Notes: generated by a model not told the origin, from the letters alone. DNA of 27,085 nucleotides from Myxococcota bacterium (GCA_049969675.1 JBMFOP010000042.1:1-27085), one strand, 5' to 3'; shown: positions 9,085 to 19,230, counted from the stretch's first letter. Made by a program: numbers and translations.

Positions 9085-11049
9085 TTACTGTCTGTTCTTT
9101 ACAATCTCATCTACAACAGAAGGGTCAGCAAGTGTTGAGATATCTCCCAGACTTGAGACATCACCCTCTGCAACCTTTCTCAGGATTCTTCTCATAATCT
9201 TGCCTGATCTGGTCTTGGGAAGGCCTGGTGTGAATTGAATCTTATCTGGCTTTGCAATTGGTCCAATCTCCTTCGCCACATGTGCTATGAGTTCCTTCTT
9301 GAGCTCCTCGGATGGAGTAAATCCGGTCTTCAATATTACATATGCATAGAGTCCCTGACCTTTTATATCGTGTGGGAACCCAACAACTGCTGCCTCCGCA
9401 ACCGCCTTATGGGAGACGAGCGCACTTTCAACCTCGGCGGTACCAATTCTGTGTCCGGACACATTGACAACATCATCCACTCTACCCATCAACCAGAAAT
9501 AGCCGTCTTCATCCTTTCTTGCACCGTCACCGGTGAAGTAATAGCCGGGGTATTGTGTAAAGTATGTGTTTTTGAATCTATCCGGGTCATTGTAGACACC
9601 TCTCATCATCCCGGGCCAGCTCCTCTTTATTACAAGATAACCACCTTCGTTTACTGAACAGGGGGTACCATCCTGTCTGATTACCTCAGGGACCACACCA
9701 AAGAATGGGAGTGTTGCTGAACCCGGCTTTAATGGCCATGCACCTGGAAGAGGGGTGATAAGGATGCCACCGGTCTCTGTCTGCCACCATGTATCTACTA
9801 TTGGGCACTTCCCTTTGCCAATTACATTGTAGTACCATATCCATGCCTCTGGATTTATTGGTTCACCAACAGAACCAAGCAGTCTAAGACTTGATAAATC
9901 ATGTTTATTGGGCCACTCTTCGCCATCCTTCATAATTGCTCTAATGGCAGTGGGGGCAGTATATAATGTATTAACCTTGAACTTTTCTACTATATGCCAG
10001 AATCTGTCTGGCTTTGGATAATTGGGGACGCTCTCATACATTAATGAAGTTGCGCCATTGGCAAGTGGTCCATAAACAATATAGCTATGACCTGTTACCC
10101 ATCCGATATCCGCTGTGCACCAGAAGATATCTTCATCATGATAGTCAAATATATATTTGAAGGTGGTCGCAACATAGACCATATATCCACCAGTTGTATG
10201 CATAACGCCCTTGGGTTTGCCGGTAGAACCAGATGTATAGAGTATGAACAATGGGTCTTCTGCATCCATCTCTTCGACCGGACAATTATCATCAACTTTT
10301 GCCATCTCCTCATGCCACCATACATCCCTTCCGGGCTTCATCGGTGTCTCATATTCTGCCCTCTTTACTACAATACATTTCTCAACACCGGGGCACATCT
10401 CCATTGTCTTATCTGCGGTCGCCTTCTGGGTGATAAACTTTCCACCTCTGTAATATACATTTGCTGTTACCAGAATTTTTGAACCACAGTCAAGTATTCT
10501 GTCTCTTAAAGACTCGGCACTAAATCCACCAAAGACCACTGAGTGAATAGCACCGATCCTTGCACAGGCGAGCAGTGCGATTGGGAGTTCTGGAATCATC
10601 GGCATATAGAGAGTAACTCTATCACCTCTCTTTACACCATTTGCCTTTAAGACATTTGCAAATTTACATACTTCCTTATGAAGTTCTTTATAGGTAATCT
10701 TCCTGACATCATCTTCTGGTTCGCCCTGAAAGAGGATCGCCACTTTATTCTCGTTCTTTGTACCAAGGTGTCTATCAAGGCAGTTATAAGAGAGATTTGT
10801 CTTACCACCGATAAACCACTTAATCTTTGCATTCGGGAAGTCCTCTTCATTTACCTTATCCCATTTCTTAAACCAGTGGAATTTTGATGCAATCTCTCCC
10901 CAGAAGCCTTCAGGGTCCTCAATGGAGCGCTTATACATCTCTTCGTACTGCTGTCTGGATTTGATATAAGCCCTCTCAACAAAAGAAGCAGGTGGTGGGA
11001 ATACCCTTTTTTCCTGACTCATTGAAGTAATGGTCTTTTGTTCCGACAT
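9085..11049 (-). CDS. acs: Acetyl-CoA synthetase (acetate--CoA ligase)
   Basis: [80 protein letters not shown]. Confidence 0.97.
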   Translation of the reverse strand: MSEQKTITSMSQEKRVFPPPASFVERAYIKSRQQYEEMYKRSIEDPEGFWGEIASKFHWFKKWDKVNEEDFPNAKIKWFIGGKTNLSYNCLDRHLGTKNENKVAILFQGEPEDDVRKITYKELHKEVCKFANVLKANGVKRGDRVTLYMPMIPELPIALLACARIGAIHSVVFGGFSAESLRDRILDCGSKILVTANVYYRGGKFITQKATADKTMEMCPGVEKCIVVKRAEYETPMKPGRDVWWHEEMAKVDDNCPVEEMDAEDPLFILYTSGSTGKPKGVMHTTGGYMVYVATTFKYIFDYHDEDIFWCTADIGWVTGHSYIVYGPLANGATSLMYESVPNYPKPDRFWHIVEKFKVNTLYTAPTAIRAIMKDGEEWPNKHDLSSLRLLGSVGEPINPEAWIWYYNVIGKGKCPIVDTWWQTETGGILITPLPGAWPLKPGSATLPFFGVVPEVIRQDGTPCSVNEGGYLVIKRSWPGMMRGVYNDPDRFKNTYFTQYPGYYFTGDGARKDEDGYFWLMGRVDDVVNVSGHRIGTAEVESALVSHKAVAEAAVVGFPHDIKGQGLYAYVILKTGFTPSEELKKELIAHVAKEIGPIAKPDKIQFTPGLPKTRSGKIMRRILRKVAEGDVSSLGDISTLADPSVVDEIVKNRQ

Positions 11050-11174
11050 ACTATACCTCCTTAAATTGTTTTGTCGTTTACATCAGATGGCATCCACGCG
11101 CCAACAGAGTTTTTGAGGTATCATTTTAATAAAAGGCTGTCAATAAAATTTGACACAGTGAGTCAAAAAAATCA

Positions 11175-13112
11175 TTACAATCCAAAAATGGAGAAGCCAA
11201 TTTTGAAAATAAAGGATAGGATTACCGCTACAGAGAAGTTTAGCAGGATAGAGAAGGTTGTTAGCCTGATTCCCCCCTCCTTATATGTAGTTGAGATGGT
11301 AGCAATGCAGGGGATATAGAATGTTATAAATACTGTTAGAATCCATATTTGAGAAAGTGAGAGGACCGATATCACATTCTCTGTACCGAGTGCCTGGTAG
11401 ATCATCAAAAGTGAGAGTTCCTTCCTGAAGATTCCTAAAAATAGAGATATCCCGAGTGTATCGGGCAGTCCGAGTACAGATGCAGTGAGAGGACGAAGGT
11501 ACTGATTTATTAAGGTGCTAACTCCATAGTGGTCAAGTAGTGAGAGAATCAGACTTGAGACAATGATGACAGGCCAGGCGAAGAGAAAGAACTCCTCCAA
11601 CCTGAACCAGAGCTTCTTAATCAGTGCCCTGATGTATGGAATCCTGAGTGGAGGCACATCCATTATGAAGCCTTCAGACTCTACTCTTTTTAACCTTGAT
11701 ATGATTGTTGAGAGAATAAAGATTATTAGGACATTAAAAAAATATAGGGCAAGTGTTGGCATCCAGCCCAGATATTTAGTGACAAGGGCAAGAATCACAA
11801 CTGTTCGGGCTGAGCAGGGGATAAACGAGGAGAGGAGTATTACAATCTTCTTATCGCGGCTGTTTTCAAGTGTCCTTGCGGCCATAATTGCAGGTACATT
11901 ACATCCATATCCCAGAAGAAATGGAATAATGGCTTTACCGTGCAGGCCGAATCTGTGCATAATTCCATCCAGCATAAATGCAACTCTCGGTAGTACCCCA
12001 CTGTCTTCCAGAATAGCGAGAAATAGAATAAGGGGGATGAGATAAGGGAGCACAATCCCCACCCCACCCTGAATTCCATCCATTAAGCCCCCCAGGAGAA
12101 TTTTAATAATTCCATCAAAGTATCTTAAAATCGTATCCTTTAGGGAATCAAGTGGCCCCTCTATCAGGGTTGAGAGGGTATCACCGAGGAGAAATGTAAA
12201 GAAAAAAATCAGTCCAAAGACTGCCGAAAGAGAGATCACCCCTCCTATTGGATTTATCAGAAATCTATCTAAATCATTAAGAAAATTTTTCCCACCTCTG
12301 CTCCTGACAGAACTTATTTTTTCAGAGATATCCAGCACATATGCATGTCTATGTGAGGCAAAGACGCTCTCCTCTGGCCAGTTGTGTAGCTCTGCGAGTT
12401 CAAGCCTCCTCTTACGAATAAAGTTGAGAAATTCTAAATCTTCAATTCCAATCAGTCTCTCAAAGTGCTCATCCTTCTCAAGCGCCCTTATTATAAAGAA
12501 TCGCCTGTTGTTTTCGGGATACTTTCTTAAAATACTCTCTGGGAATCTCTCTTCTATACCAGATATACACTCTTCAACATCTCTATCATATACTGGCAGG
12601 ATAGGAGAGAAATTTTTATAATCAAATTGCACAACATAATCAAATAACTCACTTATTCCCACACCTTTTACAGCGGTTATAGGGAATGCCTTTATTCCTG
12701 TTAATTGATAGAACTTTTCAAAATCAATTATAACACCCTTCTTCTCTGCCTCGTCCATCATATTAAGAGCTACAACCATCGGTTTTTTCATCTCAATTAA
12801 CTGAACAGTGAGTTCCAGTGACCTTGCGAGCATTGTTGAATCAATGACATTAATAATGAGGTCTATATCTTCTGAGAGGATTTTATCTCTGGCGAGTCTC
12901 TCTGCCTCATCATAGGAATTAATAGAATATGTCCCCGGCAGGTCAATTAATCTTATCCTGTTTCCCTTGTAGTTTACTCTTGTCTCAGTAAATGTAACAG
13001 TTGTACCAGAAAAGTTGCTACTCACCACATAATAACCGGATACAGCCGTAAAGAGCGTAGATTTCCCGCAATTTGGTTGACCTACAAGCGCAACTCTTAA
13101 TTCTCTCTTCAT
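11175..13112 (-). CDS. feoB: Ferrous iron transporter B
   Basis: G1 GQPNCGKST, G3 DLPGTYS, G4 NMMD; LEDSG..PRVAF, GYGCNVPAIMAAR, IPCSAR, FYIPCIAT. Confidence 0.95.
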   Translation of the reverse strand: MKRELRVALVGQPNCGKSTLFTAVSGYYVVSSNFSGTTVTFTETRVNYKGNRIRLIDLPGTYSINSYDEAERLARDKILSEDIDLIINVIDSTMLARSLELTVQLIEMKKPMVVALNMMDEAEKKGVIIDFEKFYQLTGIKAFPITAVKGVGISELFDYVVQFDYKNFSPILPVYDRDVEECISGIEERFPESILRKYPENNRRFFIIRALEKDEHFERLIGIEDLEFLNFIRKRRLELAELHNWPEESVFASHRHAYVLDISEKISSVRSRGGKNFLNDLDRFLINPIGGVISLSAVFGLIFFFTFLLGDTLSTLIEGPLDSLKDTILRYFDGIIKILLGGLMDGIQGGVGIVLPYLIPLILFLAILEDSGVLPRVAFMLDGIMHRFGLHGKAIIPFLLGYGCNVPAIMAARTLENSRDKKIVILLSSFIPCSARTVVILALVTKYLGWMPTLALYFFNVLIIFILSTIISRLKRVESEGFIMDVPPLRIPYIRALIKKLWFRLEEFFLFAWPVIIVSSLILSLLDHYGVSTLINQYLRPLTASVLGLPDTLGISLFLGIFRKELSLLMIYQALGTENVISVLSLSQIWILTVFITFYIPCIATISTTYKEGGIRLTTFSILLNFSVAVILSFIFKIGFSIFGL

Positions 13113-13134
13113 CGTTTATTCCTCCGTAGACAGA

Positions 13135-13866
13135 TTAAATACTATGCTCAGCCGAAAGATAAATAAAGAAAAAATTTTCTTTATCACCAAAATCTCTATA
13201 GAGTCCCAATCCGGGCACAACCTGAAAATCCTTTTTAAGATTTAAACCAGCCCTTAAACCTATGCCGGATACCATTTGAATCTCTTCCTTTTCACCTATT
13301 TTCATTAAATATTCATTTAAGAATTCTAAATTGTCAATCATCACAAAAATATATGAGCCTCCAATGTTAAATTGATAATTCTTACTTTTTATGTCATATC
13401 TGGTCCCCGAATTTAAGTGGACAGCGAACCTATCTGAAATATTCAAACTGAGAGGTAGATTAATTTCAACTCCCCACCCAATCTCAGTATCAGCATACTT
13501 CTTATCTGCCGTGGGCAGCACCAGAGAGATTCTTGGTGCAAGGGCAACTGTATCATCTAAAATGAGTTGATATCTATAGTTCAATAAAGTTTCACCAAGA
13601 TAGTCATTCCAGTTAAATGTGGCTGAAATCTGTGAGGTCTGTCTCAATAATGGCCACTCCTCGGTATATGAGAAACTCAAATTATTAGATTGTGAAAAAG
13701 AGCAATTAAATATGTGCTGAATAACATTCTCCTCCTGATTATAGCCCTCTTCTATCAAAAATGAATTATCATTCAGTTTTTCCCCATACACAATAGACGG
13801 AAACTGGAAAATATGAAAAAATGTTAAAATGAATAAAACAATAAAACCAAAATATTTATGTCTCAT
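13135..13866 (-). CDS. Putative outer-membrane beta-barrel ('transporter'/MetA-pathway-like)
   Basis: SD AAGGAG 7 nt before ATG at 13866 (a better start than 13908). Signal peptide, NSFLIEEGYNQE N-terminal motif, alternating beta strands, 'SLVLPTAD', aromatic-rich terminal strand FFFIYLSAEH. Confidence 0.65.
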   Translation of the reverse strand: MRHKYFGFIVLFILTFFHIFQFPSIVYGEKLNDNSFLIEEGYNQEENVIQHIFNCSFSQSNNLSFSYTEEWPLLRQTSQISATFNWNDYLGETLLNYRYQLILDDTVALAPRISLVLPTADKKYADTEIGWGVEINLPLSLNISDRFAVHLNSGTRYDIKSKNYQFNIGGSYIFVMIDNLEFLNEYLMKIGEKEEIQMVSGIGLRAGLNLKKDFQVVPGLGLYRDFGDKENFFFIYLSAEHSI

Positions 13867-14031
13867 AGTCATACTCCTTTCTTTGTTTTGATGACCTGCC
13901 AATGACACATAATCCCAACATAAAATGCCTCGGACTATTACAATTTTTTACCAAAGACCTGCTAACTCATATCCCAAAAATGGCGGACCCCTTATTTTCA
14001 GGCAAATAAATAGAATAACCTTAATGAATAT

Positions 14032-14056
14032 AATAACGATAATCATTATCATTAAT
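14032..14056. promoter_or_regulatory. Fur box (two overlapping 19-mers) next to a TTGACC -35-like element
   Basis: 14032-14050 AATAACGATAATCATTATC matches 17/19 of GATAATGATAATCATTATC. 14038-14056 read on the minus strand matches 16/19. Minus-strand TTGACC at 14058-14063. Confidence 0.85.
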
Positions 14057-14129
14057 AGGTCAAAGAACTTAATATATTTCAGTTCAGCCGAAATTAGAAT
14101 CATTGAAAAAACTTTGATATTTTGAGAAT

Positions 14130-14384
14130 CTAATTATTTACCAGTTCAACTTCTATCTTCTGAGCCATTCCTCTGCCAATCATTACCTTTAATGGTGAAT
14201 CTACACCCTGAATCATAACGGGGCCATTAAACGGGGCATGCCTGATAGTCCTAACCTTCATACCCTCATAAATACCCATAGAGTTTAGCCTCTCAATAAA
14301 TCTTCTTCCGCCATTGAGTGTTTTGATGAGGACGACCTCTCCATTGTCAACCTCTGCAAGTGACATAACTCTACCCTCCTTCAT
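14130..14384 (-). CDS. feoA: Ferrous iron transport protein A (alternative start at 14366)
   Basis: RLNSMGIYEG..IRHAPFNGPV..IGRGMAQKIEV SH3-like FeoA pattern; ATGA overlap with the fur stop. Confidence 0.9.
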   Translation of the reverse strand: MKEGRVMSLAEVDNGEVVLIKTLNGGRRFIERLNSMGIYEGMKVRTIRHAPFNGPVMIQGVDSPLKVMIGRGMAQKIEVELVNN

Positions 14385-14827
14385 CCCTCCTTTTTAAGAC
14401 AATCTTTGCAAATACCATAGATCTCTAATTTGTGTTTTAAGACTTTGAATCCTTCCTTCTTTGCCATCTCATTTTGTAACTCCTCTATTTTTTCTGAAAA
14501 CACTTCAATAAAGGCACCACATTTCATACATATAAGATGGTCGTGATGTGAGCCCCCATTCATTAATTCATACCTTGTCTTTTGATTCCCTATCTTTATC
14601 TCATTGAGAATCCCCGCCTCACACATTAGTCTTAGATTCCTGCATACAGTTGCAAATCCTATGGTGGGATTTTTCCTCTTCAGGTGTTCATATATCCCCT
14701 CCGCTGTTGTATGTTTACCACAGTTGATTATCTCATTCAAAATCTCATCTCTCTGAGATGTATTTCTGAGACCTCTTTCAGTGATAAATCTCTTAAAATC
14801 GCTTCTTATAGTATCCTTCTTCTTCAT
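14381..14827 (-). CDS. fur: Fur-family transcriptional repressor
   Basis: GLRNTSQR, HTTAEGIY, IGFATVCRNL, HHDHLICMKCG, HKLEIYGICKDC. Start placed at ATG 14827 because the track's extension to 14857 overlaps the operator. Confidence 0.92.
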   Translation of the reverse strand: MKKKDTIRSDFKRFITERGLRNTSQRDEILNEIINCGKHTTAEGIYEHLKRKNPTIGFATVCRNLRLMCEAGILNEIKIGNQKTRYELMNGGSHHDHLICMKCGAFIEVFSEKIEELQNEMAKKEGFKVLKHKLEIYGICKDCLKKEG

Positions 14828-14836
14828 AATGCTACC

Positions 14837-14870
14837 GATAATCAATATCATTAACAATTCAGTCTGTCAA
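14837..14870 (-). promoter_or_regulatory. fur-feoA promoter with an overlapping Fur box (autoregulation)
   Basis: Minus-strand TTGACA at 14865-14870, then GTTAATGATATTGATTATC (14837-14855), a 16/19 match to the Fur consensus. Confidence 0.75.
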
Positions 14871-14895
14871 GAACTTTGTGCAAAATATTTATAAG

Positions 14896-15267
14896 TTATC
14901 CGGGTAATAATCCGGGAAAATTTAAGGACAGGCGCTGCTCAATCCAGTCATCAAGACCAATTCTCTCCCTTTTAATTTCTCCTTCTTCACCTTCAAAGAC
15001 TGTACCCCAGCTGGCACAACCATCTTTCCAGTAAAATCCACCCAGTGAAAATATACTATCAGACTTATATAATACATAATGTCCGCCATACAAGAAAAAC
15101 AGATACATATCTGGTTTATCTCCAATCTTATCTACCACACCAGCCATCTGTAAATCGCCATTACCATCATACTGGAGCATTAAAAACTTCTCTCTATAAA
15201 ATACATATCTTGTCTCATTACTCCTGCTATTCCCATACATCATTAAGAATCTTGATTTTTTATCCAT
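14896..15267 (-). CDS. Hypothetical protein (possibly a fragment)
   Basis: 123-aa ORF filling the gap, co-oriented with its neighbours; no clear SD and no recognised motif. Confidence 0.45.
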   Translation of the reverse strand: MDKKSRFLMMYGNSRSNETRYVFYREKFLMLQYDGNGDLQMAGVVDKIGDKPDMYLFFLYGGHYVLYKSDSIFSLGGFYWKDGCASWGTVFEGEEGEIKRERIGLDDWIEQRLSLNFPGLLPG

Positions 15268-15304
15268 AAAAAATTTGCAGGTCTAAAGTAATATGTATAG
15301 TTGA

Positions 15305-16231
15305 TTATTCTATAATATATTTTCTGGGATTGACATTGATGCCATTTACAATCACTTCATAGTGCAGGTGTGGTCCGGTGGATCTACCGGAATTCCCGAC
15401 AGTACCTATTACCTGTCCCCTTATTATTCTGTCTCCAACCTTTACCTTTATCTCGTTAAGGTGCCCATAAGATGTAACAATTCCAAGTCCATGGTCAATC
15501 ACTATCTCATTTCCGAGCCCGGAGTGGAAACCTGTTGAAATTACCGTACCATCAGCAGGTGCCAGCACAGGTACACCTATGCTTGTAGCAATATCCAGAC
15601 CTTTGTGAAAGGTCTTCTCCCCGGTAAAAGGGTCATATCTAAAGCCAAATTCGGAGGTAACCCATCCAAAACAGGGCCATCGGGCTGGAGTACTCCTCAG
15701 TATCTCCTTCCTCTCTTCAAAATATCTGTGAATACTATCCATCTCCTTCTCATTTGAATCATATTCCTGTGAGAGGAGCTGTATCCTGCTTCTAAGTACT
15801 GAAAGTCTCATCAATTTTGTGCTATTATCCAGATTGGAGATCTCCTCCAGCGATGCGACCTCCAGCATACTCTCCCGCGGTAGCTCAACAGGTCCGATTG
15901 AGAGATTACGGTCAGAATCACTTATATTAGCAATTAGCTTAATCTTATTCTTAAAGATTTCCAACTTATTCAGAGATTCAGCAAGCCTTCTGGTCTCAGT
16001 GGACAATTCCTTCAATTCAAGGGATAGCTTCTGATTCTCCTCCCTGAGTCTGAGATTCTCCCATGCCATATCCTGAATAAAGATAGAATGGATAAAAACT
16101 ACGGAGAAGACCACAAATATAAGGCAGAACAATGCCAGCGCAATTACAATACTCTTTTTTGTAATATGAAACTGATACCTCTTAGGCGAATCCTGGGGAA
16201 TAAAAAATACAGTATATTTACTATTCTTCAA
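15305..16231 (-). CDS. M23 family metallopeptidase with an N-terminal TM and coiled coil
   Basis: HKGLD (HxxxD), YGHL, GRSTGPHLHYEV (HxH). Confidence 0.93.
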   Translation of the reverse strand: MKNSKYTVFFIPQDSPKRYQFHITKKSIVIALALFCLIFVVFSVVFIHSIFIQDMAWENLRLREENQKLSLELKELSTETRRLAESLNKLEIFKNKIKLIANISDSDRNLSIGPVELPRESMLEVASLEEISNLDNSTKLMRLSVLRSRIQLLSQEYDSNEKEMDSIHRYFEERKEILRSTPARWPCFGWVTSEFGFRYDPFTGEKTFHKGLDIATSIGVPVLAPADGTVISTGFHSGLGNEIVIDHGLGIVTSYGHLNEIKVKVGDRIIRGQVIGTVGNSGRSTGPHLHYEVIVNGINVNPRKYIIE

Positions 16232-16698
16232 TCAAAAACTCCTGCAGATAAGTAGTGCTTAAAAAATTCAATACAAATTCCATACCTATCAAAATATTTG
16301 ATATATTGTCAAGTAAAAACTTTTATAGTATCAAGCCTCATCTGACCATTGGAATCAGACCCAATGGGTGCCATCTCATCCACTCCTCTCTGAAAAGTTA
16401 AGGCAAACCCATTATCAGAGGCAGAAGGATGTCTCAATTCATTCGCCTCAACTACAATTGTTCCCCATTTAACATCAAAATACGACCTGAGTTTTAATAT
16501 CTTTATCCTTTAACCGTATGACAGAAAGGTAATTCTCCTTAAAAGGCTTAATTATCGGTGTGTACGAGCAGAAAGCCACACTGGTAAAATGTATTTAATT
16601 TAAATGAAATTCTTTAAGCCAGATCTAATATGCTTGACTTTACAAAAAAAGCAAAATAGAAGTTCAAATGCGATTATATCATTTTTGGAGGTGAGTTT

Positions 16699-17268
16699 AT
16701 GAAGTCATTAAAAGGAACAAGAACTGAGAAGAATCTTCTGACTGCCTTTGCCGGTGAGTCTCAGGCAAGGAATAGATATACTTATTATGCCTCTGTTGCA
16801 AAGAAAGAGGGGTATGAACAGATATCTGCAATCTTCCTTGATACGGCTGATAATGAAAAGGAGCACGCAAAGAGATTCTATAAGTTTTTAGAAGGTGGAG
16901 AGGCAGAGATAACTGCATCCTTCCCTGCAGGGAAGATTGGAACTACTGCAGAGAATCTACTGCATGCGGCTGAAGGTGAAAAATATGAGCATTCTACAAT
17001 GTACCCGGAGTTTGCAAAGATAGCAGAAGAGGAAGGATTCAAGGAGATAGCCGCAGTATTTAGATTCGTCTCGGTTGCAGAGAGAGGACATGAAGAGAGG
17101 TACCGGGAATTATTAAGGAGTGTTGAGAGTGGCACAGTATTTAAGGCGGATAGAGCGGTTAAATGGAGATGCAGAAACTGTGGCTATATCCATGAGGGAG
17201 AATCTGCACCAGAGCAGTGTCCTGCCTGTGCCCATCCAAGGTCATACTTTGAAATTTATCATAAATAA
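16699..17268 (+). CDS. rbr: Rubrerythrin
   Basis: NLLTAFAGESQARNRY, NEKEHA, AAEGEKYEH, AERGHEERY; C-terminal CRNCGY...CPACAH rubredoxin-like domain; SD GGAGGTG. Confidence 0.96.
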   Translation: MKSLKGTRTEKNLLTAFAGESQARNRYTYYASVAKKEGYEQISAIFLDTADNEKEHAKRFYKFLEGGEAEITASFPAGKIGTTAENLLHAAEGEKYEHSTMYPEFAKIAEEEGFKEIAAVFRFVSVAERGHEERYRELLRSVESGTVFKADRAVKWRCRNCGYIHEGESAPEQCPACAHPRSYFEIYHK

Positions 17269-17270
17269 TC

Positions 17271-18020
17271 TCAATATCCTGAACAGACAGAACAGGTAGG
17301 GTCTCTATTTATTCTTATTTTTCTGAATTCACACTTTAAGGCATCATAAGTTATTAAATAATTTTCTGTTGTTGGGAGATTCAGTAAAAATTTGATTCCC
17401 TCAGTTACCATTAGTGTTGCTATTGTTCCAGCCACACTCCCGAGTACACCAGAGTTTGAACAGGTTATTATATCAGCCTCATCTTCTGGCCTATCAAATA
17501 TGCAATTATAACAGAATGTTTTATGTGGAATTATGAGCATCATATTCCCTTCAAACCTTACAACAGAGCCACTAATAAGTGGTCTATTCTGTTTTACTGC
17601 CAGCATGTTGATTAGAAATCTACTCTCAAAATTATCAGTGCAGTCAAATATCAGGTCATATCCATCAAATAGATTACCAGCAGTCTCTCCTTTTAGCCTT
17701 AAATTATAAGTCTCAATCTGAATCTCTGGATTCATACTCTTTATTCTGTCTTGTACAACAAGAGATTTACTCTTATTCGTATCCTCAGTAGTATATATTA
17801 TCTGTCTTGGAAGATTGCTCAAATCTACTCTATCATCCTCTACAACCCCTATCCTACCGACGCCAGAGCCAGCCAGATACATAAGAAGTACAGAGCCAAG
17901 CCCACCGGCGCCAATTACAAGCACCTTTGATTCAAGGAGTCTTTTCTGTCCGATTCCTCCCACCTCCTTTAATAGAATCTGTCTTGAATACCTCTTTATC
18001 TGTTCTTCTGAGAATTTCAT
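17271..18020 (-). CDS. ThiF/MoeB/HesA family adenylyltransferase
   Basis: RYSRQILL, GAGGLGS, DRVDLSNLPRQ, DCTDNFESR, CYNC, C..SGVLG, RDPTCSVC. Confidence 0.92.
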   Translation of the reverse strand: MKFSEEQIKRYSRQILLKEVGGIGQKRLLESKVLVIGAGGLGSVLLMYLAGSGVGRIGVVEDDRVDLSNLPRQIIYTTEDTNKSKSLVVQDRIKSMNPEIQIETYNLRLKGETAGNLFDGYDLIFDCTDNFESRFLINMLAVKQNRPLISGSVVRFEGNMMLIIPHKTFCYNCIFDRPEDEADIITCSNSGVLGSVAGTIATLMVTEGIKFLLNLPTTENYLITYDALKCEFRKIRINRDPTCSVCSGY

Positions 18021-18268
18021 TATTTGAGCCTTCTAATCCTGATTATCCATTCGCCCTCTGCGATCTTTTCAGTACCTAAATACTCCTGACCCTGATAGAG
18101 GAATGCCTTTGGCAGGCTCTTTAATGCTGTAATATTATCAAGGTGTATCTCTAATACACCACCCACTTCAATCTCCTCAAGGGCGAGTTTTGCCCTGATA
18201 AAGGTATATGGGCATTTCTCATTTCTGATATCAACCCTGCCCGCAGAGGTGGTATTCCCTTCTTTCAT
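18020..18268 (-). CDS. TusA/SirA family sulfur carrier
   Basis: VDIRNEKCPYTFIRAKLALE motif (CPx). Start ATG at 18268 overlaps the TGA of the TPR gene (ATGA); its stop overlaps the moeB/thiF ATG. Confidence 0.85.
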   Translation of the reverse strand: MKEGNTTSAGRVDIRNEKCPYTFIRAKLALEEIEVGGVLEIHLDNITALKSLPKAFLYQGQEYLGTEKIAEGEWIIRIRRLK

Positions 18269-19230
18269 TGTATTGTATTCAATAGATTTTGACATTCCTT
18301 TGCTATCTCTGAGCCTTTCCATTTATTGACACAGGAATTGAGATAAACCTTTGCCTTATTAATCTCTCCCTTCTTCTGATATATCTTTGCGACCCCAAGA
18401 AAGACCTCTGTGTCATCACCACAGGCGTTGATAAAATTCTCAAAGTGCTGTTGAGAGAGTTCATAATTATTATTTTTGAGGTATATCTTTCCAAGAGCCT
18501 TCAATGTTGGACAGAAGGTCTGCCCCCTTTCAAGTGATTTCTGATAGTCCGCAATAATCTCATCATCTTTTGCCAGGCTATACCTCTGTTTTATCTCTGC
18601 TATAAGGAAGTATGGTTCAGGGTTATCGGGGCAATTTTCTCTGTACTTATTGAAATTTTTTATCGCATCAAGCGGTTGATTTGTCTCTGAATATATCACA
18701 CCGAGCACACGATATCCGAGACAGAAATTTGGCGATATCTGAAGTGCGGTATTTAATTCAGAGAATGCCTCCTTAATCTGTCCATTTTTATAATATGCCC
18801 AACCTAAATTTGTATGTGCAAAATGTGGTGAGGAATATACCAGAAAGCTGAGTGCCTTCTTGAAATTTTCTATCGCCTCATTATACCTTCCCATCTCGGT
18901 ATAGACCCTTCCGAGATTGTTGTAATAATCTGGAATATTTGGATTGAGTGAAATAGCCTTCTTAAAATGAATCTCAGCCTTCTGATAGTCACTTAGCCCT
19001 AAATACATCAAACCGAGGGCATTGTGGGCATCTCCAAATTCGGGGTCCAGTTCTACCGCCTTTACGAACTGCTCAAACGCTGCCCTCCCCTGATTCTTAC
19101 TAAGATAATCACAACCGAGGTCATAGGCTATACGGGAATTCTTGATATCCCTTTGAGCAGTCGCAGGGCAACCGAAGATTATGAAGCTAAAAAGAAGAGA
19201 GAAGACGAGCAAGCCTGCGGGTAAATGCAT
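18265..19230 (-). CDS. TPR lipoprotein, Tgl/PilF(PilW)-like type IV pilus secretin pilotin
   Basis: Start at ATG 19230 gives a signal peptide with lipobox IFGC. Multiple TPRs; 'LVYSSPHFAHTNLGWAYY' and 'PNFCLGYR.LG' fit Tgl/PilF-type proteins. Confidence 0.75.
   Translation of the reverse strand: MHLPAGLLVFSLLFSFIIFGCPATAQRDIKNSRIAYDLGCDYLSKNQGRAAFEQFVKAVELDPEFGDAHNALGLMYLGLSDYQKAEIHFKKAISLNPNIPDYYNNLGRVYTEMGRYNEAIENFKKALSFLVYSSPHFAHTNLGWAYYKNGQIKEAFSELNTALQISPNFCLGYRVLGVIYSETNQPLDAIKNFNKYRENCPDNPEPYFLIAEIKQRYSLAKDDEIIADYQKSLERGQTFCPTLKALGKIYLKNNNYELSQQHFENFINACGDDTEVFLGVAKIYQKKGEINKAKVYLNSCVNKWKGSEIAKECQNLLNTIQ

Noticed and set aside
13925..14125. Plus-strand 66-aa ORF
   Set aside because: Antisense to the operon, spans the Fur box, and has no SD.
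16360..16430. c-di-GMP-I riboswitch suggested by GGCAAACCCATT
   Set aside because: Lacks the GAAA tetraloop and the GGGACGCAAAGC-type continuation.
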